Shown here piece after piece: positions 52,001 through 62,493 of a stretch of DNA of 64,000 nucleotides (its first letter is position 1; each line of letters begins with the position of its first letter). A program made the translations under genes and the position numbers. The stretch spans positions 160,001 to 224,000 of the forward strand of contig CAVQBA010000002.1 in assembly GCA_963710605.1 (NCBI GenBank). The letters are read 5' to 3'. Below the pieces are notes generated by a model that saw only the letters and a program-made list of their open reading frames with translations, was not told the DNA's origin and did not search any database. The DNA is from an uncultured cyanobacterium (GTDB lineage: Bacteria; Cyanobacteriota; Cyanobacteriia; Cyanobacteriales; Cyanobacteriaceae).

Positions 52001-53694
52001 GGTTTAAATCTTTTGATGGTAATAATAAGATTACTAATATTTATAGTAAAGCAACAAATAGATGGGCGATCGTTTTATTTAGTTTACAACTGTTACTTCT
52101 AACTGTTCATTCAATTGCCATTCATTGGGATATAACTTCCGCAACTACTTTATTAATTCTTGCTTCGGTGATAACTTTACTAGCAATTAGTTATCGTGTC
52201 TGGCAAACACCAACTAACAGGGGTATTTATGTTATCGGTTGGTGCTTAGAAATTGTCACTATTGAAGTTTTGGATTTATTTGGTTACTCAATTATTGCTT
52301 TAAGTATTGCTAATATTATTTTAGGATTAATAACTCAAATATTTGGTAACTGGTGGTATAAACGTCATGGTAACTCACAAGTATTTGCTAGTTGGAATAT
52401 TATTCCTTTGTTTTATGCGGCTTTAGGTGGTGTTTTACGCTGGGGAATCTTCAATAATTGGACGGGTTTAACTTCTTTAGGGTTAGTCTTTATTCTGATT
52501 GGTGTTGGTTGTCGCTCACAAAAACTCAAACCTTTACTTTATCTCGGTATTGCTGGTATTAGTTTATCTGCTTACGAATTACTGTTACCTCGACTGACTG
52601 GTTTATCCATCGGCGATCGATTTTTAGCAATATCTGCTTTAACTACTACTTTTGTCTATAGCTATCGTGTCTTGACTCCTTGGTTAAGTCAATATTGGGG
52701 TTTAACTTCCTCCGAATTAAAATTAATCGCTTCTTTACATTGGGGTTTAGCAAGTTGTCTGTTATTACTAGGATTCGTGTTTCCTGTGGAAGTTAATCAG
52801 TTTGTTGGTTTAGGTGCGGGTGTCTTCCTTACTCGTTATGCTATTTATCAGGGGCGTAATAATCCTAACCAAAAAAATGGCGAAACATGGGTTTACATGG
52901 GGATTTTTCTGGCAATTACGATCGTTTTATACATCACTGACTTAATTGATAGCACTTTCTTTTATCGCTATTTTGCACCTTGGTGTGGAATTTTAGTATC
53001 TTTTGGGGCAGTTGGTTTATATCTTCTTCCTTGGCAGTCATGGGGTTGGCAAAAAAAACCTTGGCAAAGAGTCGCCCTTATTTTACCTATAATTGCTGTT
53101 GTCGGTTATGGAGAGGTTGTTAACCAAATCAGTTTAATCGCTGTAGCTGTCTTTTATGGTTGGCAGGGATGGATAACTAAACAAACTCGCACTTATCTGC
53201 TTACTCTTGTCTTGATTGATTGGGTAATTCTTAGTTGGTTAGAAATCTTTGATTTGACCACACCATTTGTTTACAATGCTTTACTCGGACTTTCTATTAT
53301 TGCTTTTTCTTGGATTGAGCCAAATTGTCAAGGGAAAAGTAACAAATCTTTACGTAATTATATTCGTTTATTAGGGATGGGAATTATTTGTGGTACATCA
53401 CTTTTATTTCATTATCAGACAGGAGTTATTCCTGCTGTAGTTGGTTTAGTGGCTATTTTTGCAGGATTAGGATTAAGAGTAAGGGCTTTTCTTTATATTG
53501 GTACGTTAACTTTTGCTTTCAATGCTTTTTATCAATTAGTTATTTTAATCTTCGATTATCCTTTGCTTAAATGGGTGGTAGGTTTAATTATAGGTTTGAC
53601 TTTACTTTCGATCGCAGGTAGTTTTGAAACCCGTAAATCTCAATTATCTTCTTTATTCCAAAATTGGTTAGCAAAACTGCAAGAATGGGAGTAG
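49078..53694 (+). CDS. Large polytopic membrane protein (DUF2157-like)
   Basis: 1538-aa ORF; ELSV.WLL.LGVF..V.SSGV.AAS.W motif; dozens of TM segments; C-terminal RVRAFLY.GT. Confidence 0.75.
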   Translation: MLMSPSLNDRYLSFKLTSKGYTAELLASLNRSIERGLIDEQSIYVYLNSKDVSSGQTINFFNLNTKVTIEKLLAGLTQWQELGILDNAQINLEIQTKANHPFLLQSLDEWLQLGCIDESKVKQLCQKNLTSILPNVKVSPSPKSVAKPKKEVTAVAKVKTPSRFQQILQSLKAELSVIWLLSLGVFMIVISSGVIAASLWDEFPRAGQYGVLWLYTLLFWVSSFWLGKKPNLQLTTIALQLITLLLVPMNFLAMDSLGLGQNPLDWAIVILATLSLSFVTVNLFRQIGISEKYPKIYLGLSYLHWGWAMNWYPIWAIYLGVLAIAIIIIPPPFLQNKISSTKIDKTKTLLPFNLHGTIVTYALVILLFRAIFIAGVEITQLGLAIGVCGWLLTHTKKSYFPWWQSVGVVLLLLGWLVSVTTVPWQSLGVSCLGMIYLRKRLLQSWSKRNLCLLLAIGLQSLWLLWRLIPETISQQLIVWATTLTASVDTPEVLLSLALFPYILVILFTSEWLVKKNQSKLAIFNDRIAFWFGIVLTLFSLANPALRTINLALSTVTLVTVIQRKLTSTPESLKQSHPAVSQTLATITHISGLITLVFAIDWIAPQLSFGGWGIVFLFLTIIELIFSVVIPVTSIDLLRLLSQNAWYIGLFLAGLSFLFFEVNQQVVLETQTISIDRSSINLEWGLIWCLIPITFTTIAYKYPLRRLISAQLSIITLLSWQLLTLTELFSYFLGREITLNIAVYSASLGIATIVALINTNKIQELAFAVITLGFGLSWLTLHLWAGIFGWGLQFIGSWLLAGAIVSTTFWLSRHRLKKVNSLWADIYSQAFNGWAISIVSITGLAILFYSFVTNFEPLDLSTSIATAILILATAYNSSQKPRSSFDIWLGIATLLTVQIPLFTLAGYRLISLGVATALMVVYVNYLPRLATTVINVGIAIIFVMTCLGELELLARFDSWLLAFASIITILWLLRSWFKSFDGNNKITNIYSKATNRWAIVLFSLQLLLLTVHSIAIHWDITSATTLLILASVITLLAISYRVWQTPTNRGIYVIGWCLEIVTIEVLDLFGYSIIALSIANIILGLITQIFGNWWYKRHGNSQVFASWNIIPLFYAALGGVLRWGIFNNWTGLTSLGLVFILIGVGCRSQKLKPLLYLGIAGISLSAYELLLPRLTGLSIGDRFLAISALTTTFVYSYRVLTPWLSQYWGLTSSELKLIASLHWGLASCLLLLGFVFPVEVNQFVGLGAGVFLTRYAIYQGRNNPNQKNGETWVYMGIFLAITIVLYITDLIDSTFFYRYFAPWCGILVSFGAVGLYLLPWQSWGWQKKPWQRVALILPIIAVVGYGEVVNQISLIAVAVFYGWQGWITKQTRTYLLTLVLIDWVILSWLEIFDLTTPFVYNALLGLSIIAFSWIEPNCQGKSNKSLRNYIRLLGMGIICGTSLLFHYQTGVIPAVVGLVAIFAGLGLRVRAFLYIGTLTFAFNAFYQLVILIFDYPLLKWVVGLIIGLTLLSIAGSFETRKSQLSSLFQNWLAKLQEWE

Positions 53695-53780
53695 TTGTGA
53701 TCGTGCCAAAAGTGAACTATTAACTTTTAACTCTTATCGTTAATTAAAACAAAAAGGAGACAATTTGCGGATTTAAGCAT

Positions 53781-54016
53781 AGAGTTTAATTTATTAAACG
53801 TACTCTGTTAGCCTTGTCAATTGATTGCAAGGCGGGTTTGATACTCTCATTTAAGAAGATGATAATTCTTACCCAGTAATATTGTTGTACCGAAGAATTA
53901 GATCGAGCAATCAGATCTGAATCGATCGCTGTTTAACAATAGCATCTTATCTACGCTTAAGACCCACCTTGAATTCAAATTCAAGGCTAATAGAAACCGT
54001 TTAATAAATTAAACTA
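53781..54016. repeat. Inverted pair of GCCTTG/CAAGGC REP-like repeats (REPIN-like)
   Basis: AGTTTAATTTATTAAACG...GCCTTG..CAAGGCGGG (53783-53836) and inverted CCCACCTTG..CAAGGCTAATAG..CGTTTAATAAATTAAACT (53963-54015). Confidence 0.7.
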
Positions 54017-54179
54017 ACATTCAAAATGTACCCTAATTAACAATCACAAAGTAGTTTCAATTCTTATTCTTAAAGTGGATTTTATGTTCTTCTTTTTATT
54101 TTTTCCCTTACGTCTTAACTCTTAACTATCTCTTAGCTTTTTGCTATAGCTATCACATTTTGAGATTGAAAAAAAGAGC

Positions 54180-54209
54180 AAAAAAATAGACGGTGTAAAA
54201 ACCGCCATC
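54180..54209 (-). terminator. Rho-independent terminator of petE
   Basis: Minus strand GATGGCGGT-TTTTAC-ACCGTC followed by a T-run. Confidence 0.55.
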
Positions 54210-54241
54210 AAACTTAATTATAAATTAATTGTGTTAGTCGC

Positions 54242-54610
54242 TTATTCAACAACAATAGTACCTGCCATACCAGCACCACGATGAGGCTCACAGTAATAAG
54301 CATATGTACCAGGTTCGTCAAAAGTTTCTTCAAAAGATTCACCAGGAGCGAAAGCTAAACCTTTATGGGTATGTTCGTCTGCATCTTTAGCCGATTTATC
54401 GAAAACAACATTATGAGGTGCTAATTTGTTGTTTACCCATTTTACGGTATCACCAGCTTTGATAGTTACCTTAGAAGGTTGGAAAGCTAACATTCCATTG
54501 TCTGCACCCATTTTAACTTCTACGGTATCTGCTTGAGCTGAACCAGTAAAGCCGACCATTACCATCACGGCTAAAAGTACTGAAGATAAAAATAAACCTA
54601 ATTTCTTCAT
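54242..54610 (-). CDS. petE: Plastocyanin
   Basis: Signal peptide; [17 protein letters not shown] copper ligands. Confidence 0.97.
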   Translation of the reverse strand: MKKLGLFLSSVLLAVMVMVGFTGSAQADTVEVKMGADNGMLAFQPSKVTIKAGDTVKWVNNKLAPHNVVFDKSAKDADEHTHKGLAFAPGESFEETFDEPGTYAYYCEPHRGAGMAGTIVVE

Positions 54611-54752
54611 TGTTATTATTTTTTATTTATTAAATTTCTATACTTTATATTTTACTACGAACTTTGACGAGTTGTCATCTTTGTTAACCAGAAAGATCTT
54701 TATTGTTCCAACCACTTGTCATTATTGACTTAAATCATATATAATAATAATT

Positions 54753-54850
54753 GACTCGAACTTATGCAATTGTGACGCTCAAACCTTGTCAGAACCGGAA
54801 GGTAGCAGCAATACGGGATGCTTGCGGTGGGCTTAAGATTCGGGTCTTTT
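54753..54850 (+). ncRNA. ffs: Signal recognition particle RNA (4.5S)
   Basis: Helix-8 signature TCAGAACCGGAAGGTAGCAGC; ends pair GACTCGAA/TTCGGGTC; TATAAT at 54740 upstream; T-tail. Confidence 0.92.
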
Positions 54851-55224
54851 CGATTGACTTTTTTTATTTAATTAATACAGTCTCTACATTTTGATTAATA
54901 AAAAATAGATCATGCTTTGATATTTGATTTACAAGACTATTTATTTGAGAAGATTTATCTGAATCATTATATAAATCGATCGATATTATCTGCCTTTTCT
55001 CAATGCCAAATTATGAATAGAAGAAGAAAACTTATATTTCAAACCAGCAAAAAAAATCAGGAAAATCCTTTCATCCCAAAAATCCTGATGCTGACAGATG
55101 AATTGATTACTTTAGCTATAACAAGAATATCTCTCTATAAATTGTAATACGATTGCATATTTTGTTATAATTATATTTCCTATACTTGACTAAAATTTTA
55201 CCCAAAAACCAGAGAAAATTACGA

Positions 55225-55452
55225 ATGCTCAAAAAAAATAGTTTTGATTCTAGTCAAATTATGTTCCGTAGTGATTCACTGCTCAATGCCGCCTCTAACC
55301 GTTACAAAATTACTGTAGGAGTAGCAAAACGAGCAAAAGAAAGAAGAAAGCAGGATGCAGATAACATCGAAGAGGTAATGAAGCCTGTACTTAGAGCTAT
55401 CATTGAAATGTCTGATGAGCTAACTCAACCTGAAATTATTAGCGATGATTAA
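55225..55452 (+). CDS. rpoZ: RNA polymerase omega subunit
   Basis: [39 protein letters not shown]; start taken at ATG 55225. Confidence 0.9.
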   Translation: MLKKNSFDSSQIMFRSDSLLNAASNRYKITVGVAKRAKERRKQDADNIEEVMKPVLRAIIEMSDELTQPEIISDD

Positions 55453-56105
55453 ACCAGCTAAAGTTAGAAGTAAATCAAAAAGATTAAAAATATCATCGAT
55501 CGTTTTGTGTTTACTTTTCATCCCTTTGATCAATATAAGTCAACAGTTGCTAACTAATTTTTGGCAACCAAAACTTTTTGTGAATAAAATTAATAACTCT
55601 GGTGTAGTTTTCGGCTCAATCTTTACCGCCAGAGTTGGTTTCTGAGCAAATTTATCAGCTACTCCCTCAAATTCCGATCGAAAATAATTACATCGGTAAA
55701 GAAAGTCAGGATAGAGCAACTCAAAATACATTTATTACTCGTTTAGTACGTTATCATCAATATCAAAAAGCTAGACCAACTGTTTTTCGTTTAGATTGGA
55801 AATTAACTTTAGCTGATTATCTTGGTAAAAATGAAGCTATTAATGAGCAAAGATACCCCGGGTTTTCTACTTTAACCGAAAATCCGATGGAAAAAGATAA
55901 ACAAATTATCAAAAATCTCACCAGAAAACAAAGAAACGATTTAGTTAACGCTTTAGTTAGTATCTACAATCCTGACTATAAATTAGAAGAAAATTCTTCG
56001 ACTACCAAATCTCCAACTGATGAAGATTCTTCAACAACACAAAACGATTCTCCTGCAAGTTTTGAATTACCAACCCCTGGGAAAGCAGATTTATTATTAC
56101 CTTAG
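55445..56105 (+). CDS. Conserved cyanobacterial hypothetical secreted protein; 1-nt insertion near 55610
   Basis: ORFs 55445-55645 and 55635-56105 join as ..[18 protein letters not shown]..; span 661 = 3n+1; [13 protein letters not shown] motif. Confidence 0.75.
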
Positions 56106-56260
56106 TTAACTTTAGTTAACGTCAATGGTGAGCCTTGAATTTAAGTTCAAGGCTCAGATAAAATCGTTCAATATAAAAGTCTCCTCTTTTCAAGGGGAGA
56201 TTTAGAGGGGTTGGCGAAAGTATAAGTAATCATCACAAATTCATTCGGCTATATCAACTA

Positions 56261-57544
56261 TTAACAGTCTTTATCAATTGCCATAACTACTCCATAAGCA
56301 TCAATGGGGCAATATCGAATAGCGGCTTGACGAATATCTTCAACTGTCAAACTTCTAATTTGTTCAGCATATTCTAAAGCTGGAGTTAGTGATTGTAATT
56401 GTGAATAATAATAGCCATAAAGATTAGCTTTATCACTAGGTTTTTCGCTTTGAAAAATAAACTGATTAGCTACATTCTGACAAACTCTATCTAATTCGGT
56501 TTGGGTAACTCCTTGTTGTTGTATCTCTTTAATATGTCCGATAACCGACTCTTGCACTAAAGATATATTATCAGCACTAAGTTGAGCTGAAACAGAAAAT
56601 GTACCTTGAAGGTTATAGCTACTATTACTTGCAGAAATGCGATGTACTAAACGACGATTTTCTCTTAAATCACGGAATAGTCTTGATAGTCTTCCTCTAC
56701 CCAAAATAACCGCTAAAACATCTAATGCTAATGTTTGCTCAATCTCCATTAATCCCGGCACTCGCCACATCATGATTAAACGAGATTGTTGTAGAGATTC
56801 ATCGTTATATTCATCGGTAACGATATTAGTAAAGGGTAATTCGGGAGTATAATCTAAAGGAGTGGGTTGAGAACGTGATTTTTGGTCATGAAGATCGATC
56901 GTCTCGATTATTTTTTGGGTTAACTCTTCAGTAGGTAAATCACCCACAGCAATAACAGTCATGCCACTAGGCTGATACCAACTATCATGAAAAGACTGCA
57001 TTTGAGTTGCTGTTACTTGTTCGATTATTTCGCTAGTACCTAAAATAGGACGACTATAAGGTAGATTAGGAAACGCCATATTCAACGTTTTTTCGGCAAC
57101 TCTACGCCCTGGATTATCTTTCGCCCTTCTAATTTCTTCTAAAACAACTAATCTTTCTCTTTCAAACTCCTCTGTAGGAATAAGCGGATTACAAACTAAA
57201 TCTAATTGTAACGGTAAAATATCGGCAAAATCTTGAGGTGCGCTAGTAAAATAATAATGAGTATATTCTTGACTAGTTGCCGCATTAGTAACTGCACCTT
57301 TAGCTTCTAATAAACGCTCATATTCTCCCGCCGCTAAATTGGGCGTACCTTTAAAGATCATATGTTCTAAAAAATGAGCCATACCATTAATCTCATTAGA
57401 TTCGATCGCCGAACCCATATTCATCCAGATATTGAGGTTAACAGCCGATACAGGTATTTGTTCTGTGATAATGGTCAAACCATTGCTTAATTTAGTAATA
57501 CAAGGAGAATGGGCAGATTGTGGTTTAGTTACAGCAAAGGTCAT
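56261..57544 (-). CDS. M16 (pitrilysin-family) zinc peptidase
   Basis: GMAHFLEHMIFKGT (HxxEH), NAATS.EYT.Y, ER.VVLEE. Confidence 0.92.
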   Translation of the reverse strand: MTFAVTKPQSAHSPCITKLSNGLTIITEQIPVSAVNLNIWMNMGSAIESNEINGMAHFLEHMIFKGTPNLAAGEYERLLEAKGAVTNAATSQEYTHYYFTSAPQDFADILPLQLDLVCNPLIPTEEFERERLVVLEEIRRAKDNPGRRVAEKTLNMAFPNLPYSRPILGTSEIIEQVTATQMQSFHDSWYQPSGMTVIAVGDLPTEELTQKIIETIDLHDQKSRSQPTPLDYTPELPFTNIVTDEYNDESLQQSRLIMMWRVPGLMEIEQTLALDVLAVILGRGRLSRLFRDLRENRRLVHRISASNSSYNLQGTFSVSAQLSADNISLVQESVIGHIKEIQQQGVTQTELDRVCQNVANQFIFQSEKPSDKANLYGYYYSQLQSLTPALEYAEQIRSLTVEDIRQAAIRYCPIDAYGVVMAIDKDC

Positions 57545-57856
57545 GGAGTGCGGTTATTTGATGAGGTTTATTGGTTGTTTTTATCTCTATCGTAACAGGT
57601 ATCCATTTTTAATGTGTCGATTTGTAACGATCGTACCTTAACAAAGGGAAAAGGTCAAAGGGCAAAGGGCAAAGGGTAAGAGTTAAATTTATTCATTCTT
57701 CTTACTTATTACTCAAAGGCAAAGCTTAAAACCCTCGATATAAGAATCGATCGTTTATCTTGAGTGTCAACATTCACACTTGTTTAAATGTGTATCTTTT
57801 ATCCTAGTATTTATATTTGCAAATAAATTATATCTGTAAATTGGTAATCTAAAGAT

Positions 57857-59038
57857 ATGGATAACAATAAAATTCACTGGAATCAATTGAGTGCTATTAC
57901 TATTGTGCAGGGTGTAATGACTTTAACATGGTTAGCTTACGTCTTGTATTTACCAAAATTGCTAGTTGAGTTAGGTTATTCGCCACAATTAGCCCGAACT
58001 TTAATCATTATCGAACATTTGTTGCAAATGGCGATCGAACCTATATTTGGTTTACTATCCGATCGACAAAATTTTGAGTTAGGTAATCGTTTACCTTATA
58101 TTACCTTTGGTATCATATTATCATCAAGTTTTTTCCTTATTCTACCTCTTGCCGCTTTAACTATTTCCCCAGATAGTCAATGGCGATGGTTATTGCCTTT
58201 TTTAGCGGTATTATGGGCTTCAACAATGTCAATCTTTCGTAGCCCAGTATTAGCCCTACTCACTAAAATTGCTCCTCAAACTCAATTACCTATAGCAGTT
58301 AGTGCCTTGACTTTAGTTGAACAATTAACTCGCTCTTTACGTTTTTTTGCTTCTGATTTTATTCTTCAGTTAGGAGCATTATTTACCTTTTCGTTGGGTT
58401 CATTTTCTTTCTTAGTTTCGATTGTTTTTTTACGTTATATGTTTGGTGTGTCTTCGTTGCCACCAAGACAAAATACTGAGTCTCAATCTCTTGTCTGTTG
58501 GATTCAAGTGATTACTATTTTTATTACAGGAATTTGTTTAGGTTTAGGTTCCAGGTTTTTATTTAGTATTCTTCCTCAAGTATTCACGATGTATCAAGGG
58601 AAAGAATTTGTTAGTCAAGGGATGTTAATCTTTGGTTTGTGCTTAGCTTTTAATGCTTTGCCCACAGGAAAATTAGCCGCTAAATACAATCCGAATAAAA
58701 TATTGATTATAGCTTTATTAACAACAGCGATCGGTTTACTAGTTTTAAGACAATCATTTACTTTAGCTGTGGTTATTTTAATTTTACTAATCATCAATTT
58801 TAGTTTTGCAACTATTTTAAATACGATAATTCCTTTTGTTTTAACAGTGATACCAATCAGCCGAGCAGGTTTAGGGATTGGTCTCTATTTAGCTGGTTTC
58901 GGGGGTGGTTTGAGCTTTTTTGATTTATTTATCAATACTCAAATAAAATTCGATCTGCTTTCATTACAGGGGAATATTTGCTTTACTATTGCCAGTATTA
59001 TTGTTTATTGGGCAACGGTCAAATTAAGTAAGAAGTAA
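57857..59038 (+). CDS. MFS transporter
   Basis: ~12 TM segments; EP.FG.LSDR motif. Confidence 0.8.
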   Translation: MDNNKIHWNQLSAITIVQGVMTLTWLAYVLYLPKLLVELGYSPQLARTLIIIEHLLQMAIEPIFGLLSDRQNFELGNRLPYITFGIILSSSFFLILPLAALTISPDSQWRWLLPFLAVLWASTMSIFRSPVLALLTKIAPQTQLPIAVSALTLVEQLTRSLRFFASDFILQLGALFTFSLGSFSFLVSIVFLRYMFGVSSLPPRQNTESQSLVCWIQVITIFITGICLGLGSRFLFSILPQVFTMYQGKEFVSQGMLIFGLCLAFNALPTGKLAAKYNPNKILIIALLTTAIGLLVLRQSFTLAVVILILLIINFSFATILNTIIPFVLTVIPISRAGLGIGLYLAGFGGGLSFFDLFINTQIKFDLLSLQGNICFTIASIIVYWATVKLSKK

Positions 59039-59103
59039 GAAGTAAGAAGTAAGAAGTAAGAAGTAAGAAGATTGTCTTTGATTCTCAATTCTCAATTCTT
59101 TCC

Positions 59104-59777
59104 CTAGCGTCTTCTTTTGATTTCAAATTCAGCTCGACACCCCTCATCAACCCAGATACCGTCTCGATCGTATCCCCATGTTTCGTCTTCCCAACAACCA
59201 TCGTTACTTAATTGACGTTTCATGACTACTCGCTCGTTTCGACGAATATTGGTTGTACAACGAGTATATTTACCATTTTTAGAACTACATTTAATGTTGT
59301 CATCGTCATAGTTATTATTATTACTACTACTGTTATTGTTACTACTACTGTTACTATCCGAACCAGATACAAGTGCACCGATAAGCGCACCAACGATTAA
59401 ACTACCACCAACGATCGCCGCTGTATTGCTATTACTTGTATGATGGTTGTTATTATTATGGTGGTTGTTTTATTGTTGTTATTGTTGTTATTGTTATTAT
59501 TATTTCCTCTATTTCTCACAGAAAATTCACCACTACAACCTTGATCAACCCAGACACCGTTTCGATCGTATCCCCAGTTATCTCCTTCACGACATCTAGT
59601 ATTACTAATTTGTTTACGTAACTTTACTCTTCCACCTGTTTTGATATTACAATATTGGTATCTGCCCTTACGAGATTCACAGGTAATTGTTCGCTCGGCT
59701 GTTGCAGGTGTTGCTTGAATTAATAATCCGCAGGTGATGACACTAATTAAAGTTAATTTTGGCAAATGTTTGAGCAT
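59104..59777 (-). CDS. DUF3011-like secreted protein (paralog A); 1-nt deletion in the poly-Asn microsatellite near 59470
   Basis: Signal peptide; two C..S...C...QxS...C....WG....G.WVD.GC..EF domains; shifted frame continues to ...EIKRRR TAG at 59104. Confidence 0.8.
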
Positions 59778-59900
59778 GATTAATATTTTTCTTGATTACT
59801 TACTTGAATTTAAATAATTGACTATAAAATTTTTGTTAGTACGATCGTGCATTATAGGGTAGGTATATATTATTTACCCTATAACTATTAAAAACTAAGT

Positions 59901-60512
59901 TTAGCGTTGTCGTCTCTTAATTTCAAATTCAGCTCGACATCCCTCATCAACCCAGATACCGTCTCTGTCGTATCCCCATGTTTCGTCTTCCCAACAACCA
60001 TCGTTACTTAATTGACGTTTCATCACAACTCGTTCATCCCGACGAATATCAGCTTCACAACGAGTATATTTACTATTTGTAGAAGCACATTTGATATTGT
60101 CATCACTACTACTATCATTATCCGAACCTGATGTCAACGCACCAACAAGTGCACCGACGATTAAAGCACCACCAATAGCGGCTATTGTATCACCACCACT
60201 ATCACTTGTATGATGATGATCGTTATGGCTATTTCCTCCTTTACTTTTGATCCTAAATTCACCACTACAACCTTTATCAACCCAGATACCATGTGTATCA
60301 AATCCCCAGTTTTCGTCTTCACGACATCTAGTCTTACTAGTTTGTGAGATTAGTTTTACTTCTCCACTTATTTTATGCTCACAATAATGATATCTATTTT
60401 TGTTAGATTCACAGGTTACTACTTTTTCTTCTGCTGAGGCAGGTGTTGATTGAATTAGTAATCCACAAGTTATGGCACTAATTAAGCTTAATTTCCGAAA
60501 ATGTTTGATCAT
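59901..60512 (-). CDS. DUF3011-like secreted protein (paralog B)
   Basis: Same two-domain Cys/WG/WVD.GC architecture; last ~120 nt nearly identical to paralog A. Confidence 0.82.
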   Translation of the reverse strand: MIKHFRKLSLISAITCGLLIQSTPASAEEKVVTCESNKNRYHYCEHKISGEVKLISQTSKTRCREDENWGFDTHGIWVDKGCSGEFRIKSKGGNSHNDHHHTSDSGGDTIAAIGGALIVGALVGALTSGSDNDSSSDDNIKCASTNSKYTRCEADIRRDERVVMKRQLSNDGCWEDETWGYDRDGIWVDEGCRAEFEIKRRQR

Positions 60513-60657
60513 GATTAATATTTTTTTTGATTACTCAAATACAAATTGGTAAATAGATGACAGTGAACAAATGACAGATATAATTTTCAAAAATAGTCTC
60601 AATTTATGCTGAGCATAATGATCACTGAGCGAGGTAGAAGTGCCGAAGTATTCTCAA

Positions 60658-61635
60658 TTATTTAGAAGCTACACATTGAGAAACTTTTTCTAATTTTTGA
60701 GATTGAGTATTGTTTAAATCAACATTTTTCCAGACAGAATCACCATTAGTTTTAAACCAAGATAAGTTATCTTTAATTAGATTGACAACAGGATCAATTT
60801 TTTGACAATCTTGCTCGGCGGTGGTTATCAAATAAGATTGTACGGCTAATGTTTCTAAGGCTTCACTTTGCCAAGTGTAAGTATTAGCCTGAAGAGTGAT
60901 AGGAGTATATAACTGAGAGTAAAATTCATCGTCAGCTTTTGTTTCTAAACTAACAGGTAGCAAATGAAAATTGTCTTCAGGTAAAATTTGTTCATTCAAT
61001 ACTTTACTCGGCATTCCTGTGACATAAAATACCGCATCAACTTCTTTTTCTCTGAGGGCAAAAAGTGCTCTTTTGATATCATAGGTAAATAATGCTTCTG
61101 GAGCAATTCCCCACTGATAAAGCAATGTTGAGGCTGTTGTGTTAGTACCGCTACCTCGATCGCCTATTGCTACTTTTTTCCCCGCTAATTCAGTGACTGA
61201 GTTAATATCTTTACTGGTGATAATATATACTTCTTCTTGATAAAGAGGCATTAAAGTACGTAAGTTTTCTGCTTGTAAACGTGCTTGTGTGTCGTCATTA
61301 GCAAAAGTATTTAAAAAAGCTAATGTATCTGCTTGAGTGATTCCTAAGGGTACAGTAGAGTAGGCAAAAACATCGTGAATATTTTGTAATGCACCTCTAG
61401 TTGGCATTACATCAATATCCATATTTTTTTCTCGTGCTAGTTTTTCAATATCTTTAGCAACAGCGTAATATTCACCTGACTCCTCACCTGCTACGATCGT
61501 TATTTCTTGATTATTTGAAGAGACTGGGGCGGCAATTATTGTGTTTTTAGACATCACTAAAACAAATAATACTGCAATGACTGCTAACATTCCACAGGTC
61601 AAATAATAATACAATCTGTTTTTGGTCATTATCAT
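60658..61635 (-). CDS. TAXI-family TRAP solute-binding protein
   Basis: G..SGEYY, T.GA.QN, LGITQAD, LY.EEV, L.GKKVAIG..GSGT. Confidence 0.85.
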   Translation of the reverse strand: MIMTKNRLYYYLTCGMLAVIAVLFVLVMSKNTIIAAPVSSNNQEITIVAGEESGEYYAVAKDIEKLAREKNMDIDVMPTRGALQNIHDVFAYSTVPLGITQADTLAFLNTFANDDTQARLQAENLRTLMPLYQEEVYIITSKDINSVTELAGKKVAIGDRGSGTNTTASTLLYQWGIAPEALFTYDIKRALFALREKEVDAVFYVTGMPSKVLNEQILPEDNFHLLPVSLETKADDEFYSQLYTPITLQANTYTWQSEALETLAVQSYLITTAEQDCQKIDPVVNLIKDNLSWFKTNGDSVWKNVDLNNTQSQKLEKVSQCVASK

Positions 61636-61950
61636 GTTTAGTTAGGGATAAATAAAATAGTTTGACGATCGATTATTTCTAAGTTCAGTTCATTTTTAAT
61701 GATTTAGTGACAATTTAATGATTAAAATAAGTTGTCTAAGACAATTCAAATTAATTCAACAAAAACTAGTCATTTAAACTGGTTTCTCAGATTTAATCTT
61801 TTCCAATTCGATCGTAATTTATTTTATCCTTAAAGAAAAGTTATCGAAAAAGAAATTAACAATAATTTATACGCTTAAACTCAGGTAAATTAAATTCAAT
61901 AATTAAACCAACTCAGAGTTTGTAATTGAATCTATCTAACTGTTGAAAAA

Positions 61951-62457
61951 TTAACTGTTTTGTAATTCTGCTGAATTTTGATAACCATAAAAATCAATTT
62001 TATAGTATGCTACCTTAACACCTGTTTTCGCTTCGATCGTTTCAATTATATCTGAAGGTAACTCAACTTTCACATTAACTATTTGGTCAGTATCAATAAC
62101 ATTAACATGACTATGCTCTCCGCCATCATTACCATACAATCTGCCATCGTGTCTTTCTAAACACTCAATAATACCATGTTCGGATAATGCTTCTAAATTT
62201 TGGTAAACAGAATGATAAGGAATATTTTTGCCTTGTTGGCTTAAAAGTTCATAAACTTGTTTAACACAAAGATGTTTTTTTTCTTGCCATAATAAATCTA
62301 GAATAATTCGCCGAGGACGAGAAATTCTCATTCCTAATTTATGACAACGATTGATGGCATCGTTGAGAGATTGGATCGGTTTTTTTTGGCAACCCTCAGA
62401 ATTCATATTATAATTTTGATTGATTTTTAAATTCACTATTATCTTAATTTTACTCAA
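61951..62457 (-). CDS. Fur-family transcriptional regulator (PerR-like); start may be ATG 62406
   Basis: GMR.S..RR.IL.LL....HL, SVYQNLEAL...GII, HSHVN, IDFYG. Confidence 0.85.
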   Translation of the reverse strand: MSKIKIIVNLKINQNYNMNSEGCQKKPIQSLNDAINRCHKLGMRISRPRRIILDLLWQEKKHLCVKQVYELLSQQGKNIPYHSVYQNLEALSEHGIIECLERHDGRLYGNDGGEHSHVNVIDTDQIVNVKVELPSDIIETIEAKTGVKVAYYKIDFYGYQNSAELQNS

Positions 62458-62493
62458 GTAAGAAAAAATTAGAAATTCTTTTGTTAAAAATAC

